64,000 nucleotides of DNA. Origin: Psilocybe cubensis. Taxonomy: Eukaryota. Positions 14,401 to 26,094 of the stretch are shown here, one piece after another. The notes below the pieces were generated by a model. The model searched no databases. It was given only the letters and a program-made list of their open reading frames with translations, and was not told where the DNA came from. Position 1 is the first letter of the stretch. Every line of letters starts with the position of its first letter. Made by a program: the position numbers and the translations under genes. Location of the stretch: NCBI GenBank assembly GCA_017499595.2, contig CM039002.1, positions 496,001 to 560,000 on the forward strand. The letters run 5' to 3'.

Positions 14401-15891
14401 ACTCAACACTCAACCATATGGAAACCAATCTTATGAATGCTCTCAACTGTTCTTCTACCGATAGCGAGCTTGCAGTTTTAGCAATCTATGCTGAATGTGT
14501 TTCTTATCCTTACATGAAGGCTATCCGAGCTTCAAATGCACAGAGCCAGAATATGCTTGATCTTGGCCCTCTTCATTCTCAAGTTTACAATCATTTGCAG
14601 AAACTTATCAAAAATCCCAAAATCCTTACTATTGATCTGGACCCTTTAACTTCATACAAATCAGCAACACTCAATGGAGATGAATGGCAAAATATTGATG
14701 TTTTGCACAAAATTAAATCTCTTCTTCCTGATCTGCCTTACTTTGAGGAGCTTCTTGTTGCATTTCTTGAGGGTGCTGCTGAAACTTGGGATCGGTTTAC
14801 ATCCGAATTTGCACCAGGAGGCTTGATTGATGAATCAACTGCAGAAGAAAAGCAGCTTGCATGGATGCCAGCAACAAATGATGAAAATGAAGGTGCACTT
14901 GGTGCATTTAGGGTTCTTATGCGGCACCAACCCCAGCTTACTCTTTTGGATCATAACGCAATATCAATGTATTTTCGTAATCAAACTCAGTCATTTGTTG
15001 CTGCCAAATTTACAAAAGAAGAAGACTACCAGTATATTCGAAATCTAGCACGGAATTCAGGAGAGGAAGAAAGAAAGAGACGTAAAGACCTTGTTGATTT
15101 CCGCAACACACGTCAGAAACAGAAAACCAAGCGAAAAGAAACTCGAGAGCAAAATGCCAAAGATACAGCGGCACGACTTCAGCAGCTAAATCTTATTTTA
15201 GACAAGACCAAGATTCCTGGGCTAAAAGGAAAAAGTCTTACTGATTAGCTCAAGCTCTTTAAACAAGCTGGTGCTCCAAATATGCAATCTGGTCGCCTTC
15301 CTACCCGTGTTAATGATATCCGTGAAATATTAATCAAGGCAATTGATTTGATGGTTGATGGCACTTGGATTATTGAGGAAGAGGAGGAAGAGAGCGAAGA
15401 AGACATGGATGAAGAGGAAGAATGGGAAGATGATGATGGAAGTGATACTTAAACTATCACAACAAGTTCCCAATTATGTGTAGTATACTGCAGATCTGTT
15501 CATGTATATTGAAGTTTTTGTAAACATTTGACAGGAAAATTATACAAAAAAATGTTGGTTATGGGTATATATCTAGTTCTATTAGTTTCAAATGTTATTG
15601 CATATAAACGAGACAATGTTAACTTGATAATCTTCAAGGCAATCATCAAAGATAACATCATTTTCATAAATTGTGCTATCATGTACGCATTTTTGACGTT
15701 TTGGCATATCTTATGCTACAGAATTATTCTCTATATTTTATGACACATATTCAGTGCAAAAAGTTTGGGAGAAAACGGTTGGAAACACATGAAATAGCAG
15801 TGTCTCAAGCAAATCTCAAGATATGTGATGCTCTCGCGCGTGTGACGTGACGTCACGCGGCGAACCGGCCATCAGGGATTGTGCAACTCCA
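11487..15891 (+). mobile_element. TIR DNA transposon with 7-bp TSD, nested in the hAT element; family uncertain
   Basis: TSD CTTACAT at 11480-11486 and 15892-15898. Termini TGGTGGTAACCAATCCCTTATG and TGGAGTTGCACAATCCCTGATG (16/22). A perfect 12-bp inverted motif CATATCTTGAGA lies exactly 66 nt inside each end (11553-11564, 15814-15825). Removing the element restores a normal short hAT intron. Confidence 0.9.
12462..15452 (+). pseudogene. Putative DDE (RNase H-fold) transposase, intronless, ~996 codons, two premature stops
   Basis: One reading frame from ATG 12462 to TAA 15452, broken only by TGA 13401-13403 and TAG 15246-15248. Coiled-coil N-terminus, then FSADGT, NT(N)HCAKEKK, WAGCGCHKDLN, PDTSNNRF, WMPATNDENEGALG, and an acidic tail. 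Confidence 0.75.
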
Positions 15892-18800
15892 CTTACATCC
15901 CACCACTTGATAGGATCAGAAACTTGCTCTAAATCACTTTCAAGATAATTACGGAGCTCCTTTTGAGGATTAGAAGCCGCCATTTGACTGTTGACCTTGG
16001 ATTGAATGCTGTTTTGAATCCAAGCTGATGCATAGCTAGACTTAACAGCACTCTTTCCTTTAAATACCAAACAAATTAGAAAAAATCCATTAATATAAAT
16101 AATAATACTTACCTTGAAATGAGTTTTGTGATTGTAAAGACTGTGAAGCCAATTTGCATGGCTTATAATATAAGTTAAACTATACATAAATCAGAAGTTG
16201 TTATAACTAATGATAAAGAAATAAAATACACACCGTATCACATAAAGCATTATATCCCTTGTCATAATATTCTTCATCCCACATTTTCTTGCAATAAGCA
16301 AGCTTAATATCAGGTTGAAGTGCTAGCATGAAAGTTAAAAAATAATAAAAAAGAGTAAAATAAAAATGCTCACCCAAACAGATAAAATAAGTATCACTCT
16401 CGTCAATGGTCATATACCATTTTCGGAGCTTATCCAGACCTTTCTGAATAGCAGCATGAACAGAAGCAAATTGGGGAACCTTTAAAAGGTTTTCCCAACT
16501 ATCCTGAAGACACTCAAGCATAGGAATAGTTTTCCACAAAGTTGTCTGAGTCTCAGATGAGAACTCAGACTGGATGGCACGTGGATGCTAATAAAAAATC
16601 AATAGATATTTATGAATCAAGAAAAAATAACATACCTCCAAAACTTCTTTCATTAGCTGTAGGAGATCCCATTCATGTTCAGTAAGATAAAAGTCAGCAT
16701 ACTTTTTGTTCTTCAATTTTGGAACATGATTAGACATATCAGCAACAAGTACAAACTTGTTCACTGCCTAAAAAGAAGGTGAAAATAAGAAATAAAAGAA
16801 ATAAAAACACATACTGATTTATTTTCAAGAAACCGTTCAATTAAATCAAACATAGATCCCCATCGGGTACGAATCCACTTGATTAACTCAAGTGGAGGAA
16901 GCGCTTCTTCCTTACACACAATGCCAAAGTATGCCTTGGCTTGTGGAGAAAGGCGTATCTAAAATGTATATTAGAAAAAGTAAATAAAAAATAATAAACA
17001 CTTACCTGGTTAATCAAGGCTAGAATCTTTCCTAGAACATCACCAGGAAGAAAATTGATAACTTCATCAATCTCTTCTTTATCAGAAACAGAATCAAGAT
17101 AAGTCCAGTCAGCAGTCCAGTCTAGATTGTCGTCTTCCTCAATCTCATCTTCATCTGCTACTGTCACGGTACCTATTTTTATTGAGTATATAACAAAACA
17201 TAAAGAAGCAGACACAATACCTTTTTTGGTTGAGCGTATAGAAGAGCAAGGATTAACTGTTTCAATAAAAGCTTTAGCTGCTAAATGAATAGTGTGCTCC
17301 ATGCACCTTAAAAATTATAAGAATATGGTTGAATTTATAAAAATAAATCACTTACTGAATGCAACGCTGGCGAGCTATCCAGGGCCTTTGAGAACTAGTG
17401 TTTAAAACACGTTGAAGACAGTGCATAGCTTTGTCATTAGAGGTAGCATTATCTGCTGTCCCCCAGCCAATCTAAACATAATATTAGAATAAATGTATAA
17501 GAAAATAAAGATACACACCTTATTCCGTATCTCAAAGCGGTCAAAAACTGCCATAGCAGTTGCAGCTATATTGGCACCACCATGATTACCTTTAATTTCC
17601 TCAAAGCCCAAGACACGGGATTTGAGCTCCCAATCAAGAGGCTTATCAGGCGGGCTATCAATATAATGAGCAGTAATACCAAGATATGGATTATATGACT
17701 TTGAGGTCCAGGCATCAAAGGTAATCGATATCTGACTGGGAATAGTCTAAATTTTATAAGTATAGGCTTATATAAAGTGAAAATGCAATGAACATACTTT
17801 GAAGTAACCAATTAAGCGATTAACTGCTACCTTGGCCTTCTCTATGACCTCTTCACGCAACTTTGTACGCTTGGGAATGTCATCATCCTTCATAGAAGGA
17901 CGCTGGTATTTCAAAAGAGCTCAAAAAGAGTCTTTTTCAATTACCAGAAATGCCTATACCAATAAACGTAAGTATAGAATCATAAAAAAAAAGAATACAT
18001 ACTTGATCATCTTCAACAACAAATGAAAGGATATGCTCAAGTAGGCCTTCCTTTGTCCACTTGGGATTGGGCACAGATGTCACATACGTGTCAAGTGGCC
18101 TCAAAGATGTGCTATCGGACTTGACAGGTATATCTGACTTAGCTGAATTGGGCAAACATGCAGGATTGGGGTTCACATTAAGTTCTTTACACCCATTGAG
18201 GTACTTCTTGCCATGAGTTTCCCAATTTCTATCCATCAATTAGCATTAGAATAGAGAAAAGGTATAAAAGAATAGCTACCGAGAAATATGCTTGCGTAAT
18301 GAGCTATTGCCACCCGTCATGAAGCAAGCAGCTGATGGAACTTTCCTACTTCTAAAAAGCTGTGTATAAGTACTCATTTATTACTGACAAAATAAAGAAA
18401 ACTGACCGGCAGACCTTGCAGATATTACCAATTATAGTCTTTCCATCTTCCTCCTTTTCTGACTTCTCATACATAGTATGGATATCAGCAGTTCGAGGAT
18501 CCTGCCCCCGGTGAAAATGCTTCCGAGGTTTCTAGATGTGATAAAAAGATCAGCTTAAGTACATGTCAACATAATATCAATCTGACCTTGTGTAATTCTT
18601 GAAGAAGATCTTTTTTCTTCTCATACACAACCAAAGAATCCTCCTTTTCCTCCTCCTCCTCCTCCTCCTCCTCCTCTTCCTCCCCCTCCTCCTCCCCCTC
18701 CTCCTCTCCCTCTTCTTCTACCTCCTCCTCCTCAGCATTTCCTTCAGCCCCACTATCTTCTTCCACCACCACCTCCTCCTCAATCTCTGTTGCTAATGCT

Positions 18801-19799
18801 GGAGTTGATAGTGGTGCATCATCACTCTTTCGCACTCGCTTAGGTGCAGGTGCCGTGTTAGATGAAGCAGATTGCTTTTGAGAAGCTAATATCATAATTA
18901 GACATGGGAAAAATGTATAATATTAGACACGCACCTGTCTTTGCCTTTTGAGGCTTCTTTCCGGGCTTAGTAGCACTATCTGGGTCCTCAGAAGCAGTTC
19001 CGACTAATAAAGGGTTAGTTTTAGTCTTATATGTGTAATGTAGTGACGTACCAATGATATGCCGTGTAAAAAAACCACTGAGTTTGGGGGCCCTACTGTC
19101 ACCCGGGTCCAATGCCTTTGGGGTTGCTTTTTTGACACGCTGTCTAGCCACACGGCGAGCTGGTTCCTTCCCCTTAAGTCCGGATGTTTTCTTTTCAGTT
19201 GGAGAAGGGCTCTCGTAGCCTCCGTTGGTGCTCGAGACAGTGGGAAGAGCATGGTTATCAGATGGAGAATGGAAAAATTCCATTTGCTCAGCATCTTTTA
19301 ATGAACCATCGGGGTTCAGTGCAGGGTTGTCAGAGTCCATAGCAAGCAAGTTGACGTTAAGTAAGCAAGATTCAAGATGTTAAGCAGTAGGCGGGATACG
19401 AGACAGCGACAAAACGAGAGTCGAGAGTCGCGACGGACACGAGTGCCAGTCAATGACGACAGCCGTGTTTGTTGTTGTTTACGTTGACCACACTTCAAGT
19501 GATCTGGCCTGACCGCCTTGTATTTCACTTACCACCACCATCCTCTTGTACGAACACTCACCGTCATTTACTTAAAGTTCCGTATCACACTCAAAATGTC
19601 AAGATATCACTATAGAAGCTGGGAAATAAGTGGGGGAAGCAGTACAAAAAGGGGAGGCCCTATAGAGGGAGACCCATAAAGTGTGTCATTATCTCTCTCT
19701 TAATGCACTCTTTTTCAACTTTTCCACACCCAGCAACATACGACGGCATCCCCAAACACGTCCCCTCACCTCGTATCGTCGCCGCCAAATGCCACGGAG

Positions 19800-21400
19800 G
19801 TCCAAACAACAACAATGGAGCAGCAATGCTCCGTTGTTGTTGTCCTTGCCTCCGCCTCAACAAGGACGAGCAGCTTTATTGCTGCTCGTCTTTGCCTCCG
19901 CATTCCCTTGCCTCCACCTCAACAAGGACAAGCAGCATTGAAGCTGCTCGTCTCGTCGCCTCCGCCTTTGCCAGACGAGCAGTTAAAGCTGCTCGTCTTC
20001 GCCTCAAGCCTTCGCCAGACAAGCTGACGAGCAGCAAAGCTCGTCTTGTCGTCTCCGCCTTCGCACGACGAGCAGCAATAATGCTGCTCGTGCGTCTCCC
20101 TAACCAACAACAACAAGCAGCAACAATTTGCTGCTTGTCTCGTCTCACCACCCCACCCTCCCTCTTCTCGTCTCCCTAACCAACAATGACAAGCAGCACC
20201 AATTGCTGCTCGTCTCCCCACCCCCTCCCTCCTAACCAACAACAACGAGCAGCAATTGGTGCTGCTCGTCTCGTTTGCCTTCGCACGACGAGCAGCAATA
20301 ATGCTGCTTGTGCGTCTCCCTACATCCAACCAACGACACGCCTCCGCCTCAACAAGGACGCACGACGAGCAGCAATAAAGCTGCTCGTCTTTACCTCCGC
20401 CTTCACCTTCACACGACAAGCAGCTTTATGCTGCTCGTCTTCACCTCCACCTTCGCCTTCGCACGACAAGCAGCTTTATGCTGCTTGTCTTCGCCTCCGC
20501 CTACGCCTTTGCATGACGAGCAGCTTTATGCTGCTTGTCTTCACCTCCGCCTTTGCCTTCGCACGACAAGCAGCTTTATGCTGCTCGTCTTTGTCTCCGC
20601 CTACGCCTTTGCATGACGAGCAGCTTTATTGCTGCTTGTGTGTCTTCACCTCCGCCTTCGCCTTTGCACAACGAGCAGCTTTATGCTGCTCGTCTTCGTC
20701 TCCGCCTACGCCTTTGCATGACGAGCAGCTTTATTGCTGCTTGTGCGTCTTCACCTCCGCCTTCGCCTTTGCACAACGAGCAGCATAAAGCTGCTCGTCT
20801 TCACCTCCGCCTTCGCCTTCGCACGACAAGCAGCTTTATTGCTGCTCGTGCGTCTTCACCTCCGCCTTCGCCTTCGCACGAGGAGCAGCTTTATGCTGCT
20901 CGTCTTTGCCTCCGCCTACGCCTTCGCATGACGAGCAGCTTTATTGCTGCTTGTATTCGCCTCTGCCTTCGCCTTTGCACGACAAGCATTGCTGCTTGTG
21001 CGTCTCCCTACGTCCAACCGATGACAACAAGCAGCAATCAACTTCAACCAACACCGACAAGCAGCAACAATTTGCTGCTCGTTTCGCCACCCCACCCTCC
21101 CTTGTCTCCCCACCCCAATCCTCCCTTGTCTCCCCACCCCCATTCTCCTAACCAACAAAGACGAGCAACAATTGGTGCTGCTCGTCTTGCGTCTTGTCGC
21201 CTCCAACCTCCACCTCTACCTTGTCCTCGTCCGGCCGCCTCCTCCACAACACAAAGGCCCCAGCTTCCAACTCCTACATCCCACCCCCACCCTCCCTCGT
21301 CTCCCACGTCTTGGGTTCAACCAACACCAACGAGCAGCAATTGTTGCTGCTTGTTTTGCCACCCCACCCACCCTCGTCTCCCTAACCAATAACGACGAGC
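19800..21400. repeat. Internal hAT minisatellite of ~50-bp self-complementary units
   Basis: Units such as GCTGCTCGTCTTCACCTCCGCCTTCGCCTTCGCACGACGAGCAGCTTTAT, in which GCTGCTCGTC and GACGAGCAGC are reverse complements. Most regular over 20380-20990. Confidence 0.9.
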
Positions 21401-22114
21401 GCCAGGTGATCGAGATGGGACGCGCGCTGCAGACAGAGGTTGTTGTGATGAGCGAGGCCTGCGAGGATGAGGTGGATGATGGTGCTGGGGGTTGGGTGGA
21501 GGGTGATAACAACGACGACGACAAGGGTGTGGATTTACATGCACACTCAATGCGGGGGTATAGTGCTGGTGCTGTACTTACAAATTGTATATTGAAAAAT
21601 GTTAATGATTCTATTATTACTTGACTACAAAGTCAGGTTGAGTAATTTGCGCTGCGCATTATGTAATGATACCTTTCGGGCCGCGACAGTTCAAACTGAG
21701 ATTGAAAGCTGAGTACATATGACTCACTTTGTTTTCTATTGCAGAACGACGAGTTCTGCACCGAAAATTTTGAAAATTTCTGCATTAAAAGTTTGGTTCG
21801 AACCGGTTCAAACCCGGTTCTGCCAGGGAGGCTCCATGCCCGAACCAAGAACCAAACCGACAGAGACGTTGGCCGAACCAGAACTGGACCAAACCCGAAC
21901 CGTCGGTTTGGTTCGGCCGGTTCTCGGTTCTTGCATCAGTTCGGAACCGAACTTCGGCATCCCTATCTCCATGTATATATAGAATCCTGGGGTCAGTAGT
22001 CAGACCCCAGCTTCGATATCAACTTGGTCTTTGGGCATTCTTCTCTCTTGACTTAAGTCAATTCCTAACAATCCGGTTTTGAAAGTGCTCTCGCTACCGT
22101 CCCAGTCAGCCGAC

Positions 22115-23989
22115 ATGTCTATTCGCTATAAGATGACTATCGAGATATCTGGATTCCCGGCTGGAGTTGTTAATGCAGTAACGCCACCTCACCAGGATCT
22201 CATATCCGGCGACGCACGTCCAATTCAAATTGATTCCAGGAGGCGAGAAGTGTTGGGTTCAAATGGAGAAGCACCAATTTTGAATGTGAGTTTTACAGGA
22301 CTGTATTGTGATGAACATGGACTCATTTGGAATCCAGATTGTGGGTGGGTCAACCATGTTTCCCATTCCTCCAAACCTTCAGAAGGAGTTAGACTAGTGC
22401 ATTGCAGAGAGTTCAGGTTTCTTACAGAAGATTCACACACTAGAAGAAGAACTATGTGCGCCAGCACAGCGTACAATGGACGAGATATGTTTAAAGCTGA
22501 GAGAGATTGACTTGGGCTATGCTGCTATTTACACTGTTGAGAAAAGAGTCAGTAAAATACAAAACATTATTGCTAAAGGAGAACAATCCTTTACTGCCAA
22601 CGAACAACGCAAACATCTCTTCAAGAGGAAAGAGATCCTTGACAAGCAGCGAGATGAGGGCGAGGCGGAGTTCTCGAGGCTGACAGTAGCAGATCTTCCT
22701 GAGTATCAGCGGAAGAGAAATCTTCTCATGGCAGAGATTGATGCCGTCAAGCTAGAGCTTCAGCAACTGGCGTCCTCCAAGTCCAAGAAAGCTTCAAAGG
22801 GAACAACTATTCGGTCAAAGTTTGCCAAGGCTTCTAGACAGGCTAGAATTACAAAATCTTCCGGCGGCAACAAGGCATTTAGCAGGGCTAACACCACAGA
22901 AAACGGGTCTGGGGATGATGATGAATTGTCATTGTCTGAGGGGCCATTTGAAGATGATGGGGAGGGTGGCAAGTCCTCAAAGCGCAAATTGAGCACCAAA
23001 TTCAATCCCACTATTGGCAGAAAGAGGACCAAGGCTCAGCGTCTCATGCTGGAGGTTGTTTACAGCGATGAGCTGAAGGAGGAGGAGGAGGCAAATGCAA
23101 CGGACCTTCAAGAGTTTAGGGTCGATGAGTGGGATTGTGAGGAAGATATAAAGGAGGAGGCCAATTGGGCAGCTATGACACCAATTCAGCGGGTTGAATA
23201 TTGTGGTAAGCTGCCTCTCTTGTTGATTAGATTTTTCTTTGACTGATTTACTGCATTGTAGATGATATTGTGCGCTCTATTGCCCGCTTTGAGAAGACAG
23301 GAAACTTGCAGGATTTCCATCCAAAATATCGTCAATCACTTTGTCATGTCCAATCTCTACTTCCTGAGAAGTGCTTCAAATCAAGACGTGTGGCCATTGC
23401 CATTCACATGACCTTGCACGGTAATCTCATCTGCCGTTTCCATAAAAGGTATCCAAAAACCAAATTTTTTGACAATGGACCAGGCCTTTACAGAGTTCGG
23501 GGAGTCCCTAAGCAACCCGTATATTGATACCGAGTCGAGGATGCAGCAACGCCCCTAAGGGAAACAGGTTATATGTCATGCAGATGCTTGATTGACAATG
23601 TCTTGCTGGAGTTTTACTTTTGGAAGACTCTAACCATTTCATTGCCACTTCCATTGCTATAGGGGTTAGAGGAACCCATGAAAGGGGATGTCTTTGAGCC
23701 GCGGCATCAATCCTTCCTGATCAAAGTATTCAAAGAACAGTCTTTGCTCACAACGGACAACATCTACAACCCTAACCGACCCAGAAACATTTGCAAGTTT
23801 GAACAAGAGGTGAGATTGTTGGATTTGAGTATCACCAGGCTTGCAAAGAAGTGGGAAGAGAAGACGGGAATTGAAATGAGGATAATTTTTCCGCAGAGAG
23901 AAGCAGAGCTGGAAAGGATGAGACGGGAGGCAGCTGAGGCAGCAACAAAGCAAGGTCAGGCTGGAGAGTCGAGTGCTATATCCCAGTAA
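22115..23989 (+). pseudogene. Hypothetical coiled-coil protein with Cys/His motifs, probable KDZ passenger, inactivated
   Basis: ATG 22115; introns at about 22288-22338 and 23206-23261. In-frame stops TAG 22395-22397, TGA 23525-23527 and TAG near 23660. Motifs HGNLICRFH and MSCRCLIDNVLLEFYFWKT. Confidence 0.6.
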
Positions 23990-24599
23990 TTAGCTTTTAT
24001 ATAGAGTTGAAATTTGTAGTGAGGAAATTTATTGGCATTCGAAGTAAACTTGTACTGTATAGACCAAGTAGACAACAATAAGATACTGGCTTTTTGCCAC
24101 ATGCAAAATTTTATGTGTTGACGATAATGTGGTACACGCAACATTTATAATCTGTATTGTATATTATGCCATATGCAGGAGTTTAGCTGGACACTCAAAT
24201 ATTGTCTCATGCCACATTCTGTGGTTAACCAAGTTATATGGTGTATACCACATTTTCAAGGTTAGGAGAGATTTCTGGCATATGCCTGAGTTTAGCCACA
24301 CAACCGTTCTCTCTTCATTTCTGTATTTCATCTGAATTTAATGAAGTCCGTCGGCAAATGCCAGCCGGTAACGCGGCATTTTGTTTCACTATCCGGGACA
24401 TTTGTACCGCCTCACCACCACGGTTCCAGGCCATTGACAGCCTACCGCGTCGCGCAATATGGAGAATTTGAGGACTCCTTCGACGAAGGATACGATGCCA
24501 ACGACGAAATGTAGGAATTAGCTTACCATGCATGGAGGGACACGTGAAATTGTTACCTGTAATAGTTGAAAAATCCAGTAATTGTTGGACATATTCCGC

Positions 24600-25340
24600 T
24601 ACGCAACACATTTCGTGTCTCTCACACAAATTCTGGTGTACGAAGAATTGTGACTCCAACACCAAATCCTGGCGCTCACCACATTTTGTGTCTCTCACAC
24701 AAATTCCGGTGCACGAAGGATTGTGACTCCAACACCAAATCCTGGCGCTCACCACATTTCAAGTCCCTCACACTAATTCCGGTGCACGAAACATTGTGAG
24801 TCCCTCACCAAATTCTTGCGCTCACCACATTTCGCGGCTCTCACACAAATTCCGGTGCACAAAACATTGTGAGTCCTTCACACACATTCTGGCGCTCACC
24901 ACATTTCACAGCTCTCACACTAACTCAGGTGCATCCCTCACACAAATTCTGGCGCTTACCACATTTCAAGTCCCTTGCACAAATTCTGGCACTCCGCTCT
25001 TTTCGAGTCCCTCATACAAATTCCGCTGCATGACACATTTCGAGTCCCCTCACACAGACTCTGGAACTCCCCACATTTCGTGTCCCTCATACAAATCCCG
25101 GTGCACAAAACATTGTGAGTCCTTCACACAAATTCTGGCACTTACCACATTTCAATTCCCTCACACAAACTCAGGGGCATCCCTCACAGCGTCCCCTCCC
25201 AAATTCCACTGCGCAACACATTTTGTGTCTCTCACACATATTCTGGTGCACAAAACATTGTGAGTCCCTCACCAAATTCTCGCGCTCACCACAGTTCGAG
25301 TCCCTCACACTAATTCAGTTCGAGTCCCTGACCTGACTTC
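24600..25340. repeat. Tandem array of ~36-37-bp monomers in alternating variants (~73-bp dimer); probable subterminal repeat of the large element
   Basis: Recurrent CACATTTCGAGTCCCTCACACAAATTCTGG-like and (C)ATTGTGAGTCC...GCGCTCAC units. TTGTGACTCCAAC at 24648 and 24721. Confidence 0.85.
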
Positions 25341-26094
25341 GGGTGCACGTAACATCTAGGGTCGTCCTCAGCAATTTCGGCTGTGCCCAGAAATTTTAAC
25401 CTTCCGAGACCATGGCAGTGTTGTCTTGCTTGATATCAAACTATGACAACATTTATTGAGCCCACATGTAATGAGGCCCATTCCATGCCATACAGCAGCC
25501 CGGGAGTGGATCAACAAGCTTATCATAGAATGTTTCAGCAGATTAAATTGGAAATGCGGTAGGTGCGGACATTTGAGTGATAAATTATGTTTGCCGTGAG
25601 CAAGATATTTAGGTCTTGATGACTGTTTTAGGAAGATGGAATGTACGGTTCATGGTTAGCAGGCATGTAGGGTCTACATCTATGAGGACTGTAAGGTACA
25701 TTATACCGTATTTCTATATGGCCGATTTGCGTCACACGAATAGAAAGATTTTTTTTACTGATTTACGTTTAATAACACCCACAGAAAGGCCCTATTGCCA
25801 CTGGCAATACTTTATCTTCAAGGCGAAAATAAAAAACCATTCGTGTGATCAACCCGGTGACAACACCAACCAGTGATTATGACTGCTTGCCCCCAGTAGG
25901 ATATGCTCAAGATACCTAGCATTGGAACGTGAAAAAAACCACTGTGTCAAAGTTCAGAAGTAAAACTTACACAATGCATTGCCAACATACTAGTAGTAAG
26001 AGGGCTGAGCCAAGCCGTCCATGTCAAGACACAATCATTGAATTCATGTAGAAACCAGACATTCAACATTACTCGATTAGTACAGAAAGAAACA

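Larger units (their letters stand above)
11189..19340 (-). pseudogene. hAT transposase with BED-like zinc finger and C-terminal dimerisation domain; multi-intron and interrupted
   Basis: MDSDNPALNPDGSLKDA start; CKVCR...SSLRKHI (BED-like); FDAWTS; TADNA; RCMEHTIHLAAK (CxxH); WIRTRWGSM; DPIKWWD|YHSKQYPTLSRIARDYLAIQGSSVAAERSFSAGG. Premature TGA near 17921 and a 4.4-kb insertion in the last intron. Confidence 0.92.
10980..21965 (-). mobile_element. hAT DNA transposon (~6.6 kb without the nested insertion)
   Basis: TIRs TAGGGTTGCCAAAGTTCGGTTC (left) and TAGGGATGCCGAAGTTCGGTTC (right, reverse complement), 20/22 identical. 8-bp TSD TCTCCATG at 10972-10979 and 21966-21973. Subterminal GAACC/GGTTC arrays. 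Internal hAT transposase. Confidence 0.95.

Noticed and set aside
11479..15898. 8-bp TSD reading (ACTTACAT) for the nested element
   Set aside because: It makes the termini asymmetric. The 7-bp reading gives TGG..CCA ends and equal 66-nt offsets for the subterminal motif.
19800..21400. CRISPR-like appearance of palindromic repeats
   Set aside because: The intervening sequences are themselves repeats, not unique spacers. No cas genes, and the context is a eukaryotic transposon interior.
24600..25340. 36-bp periodic array as a CRISPR array
   Set aside because: Contiguous degenerate monomers without unique spacers.
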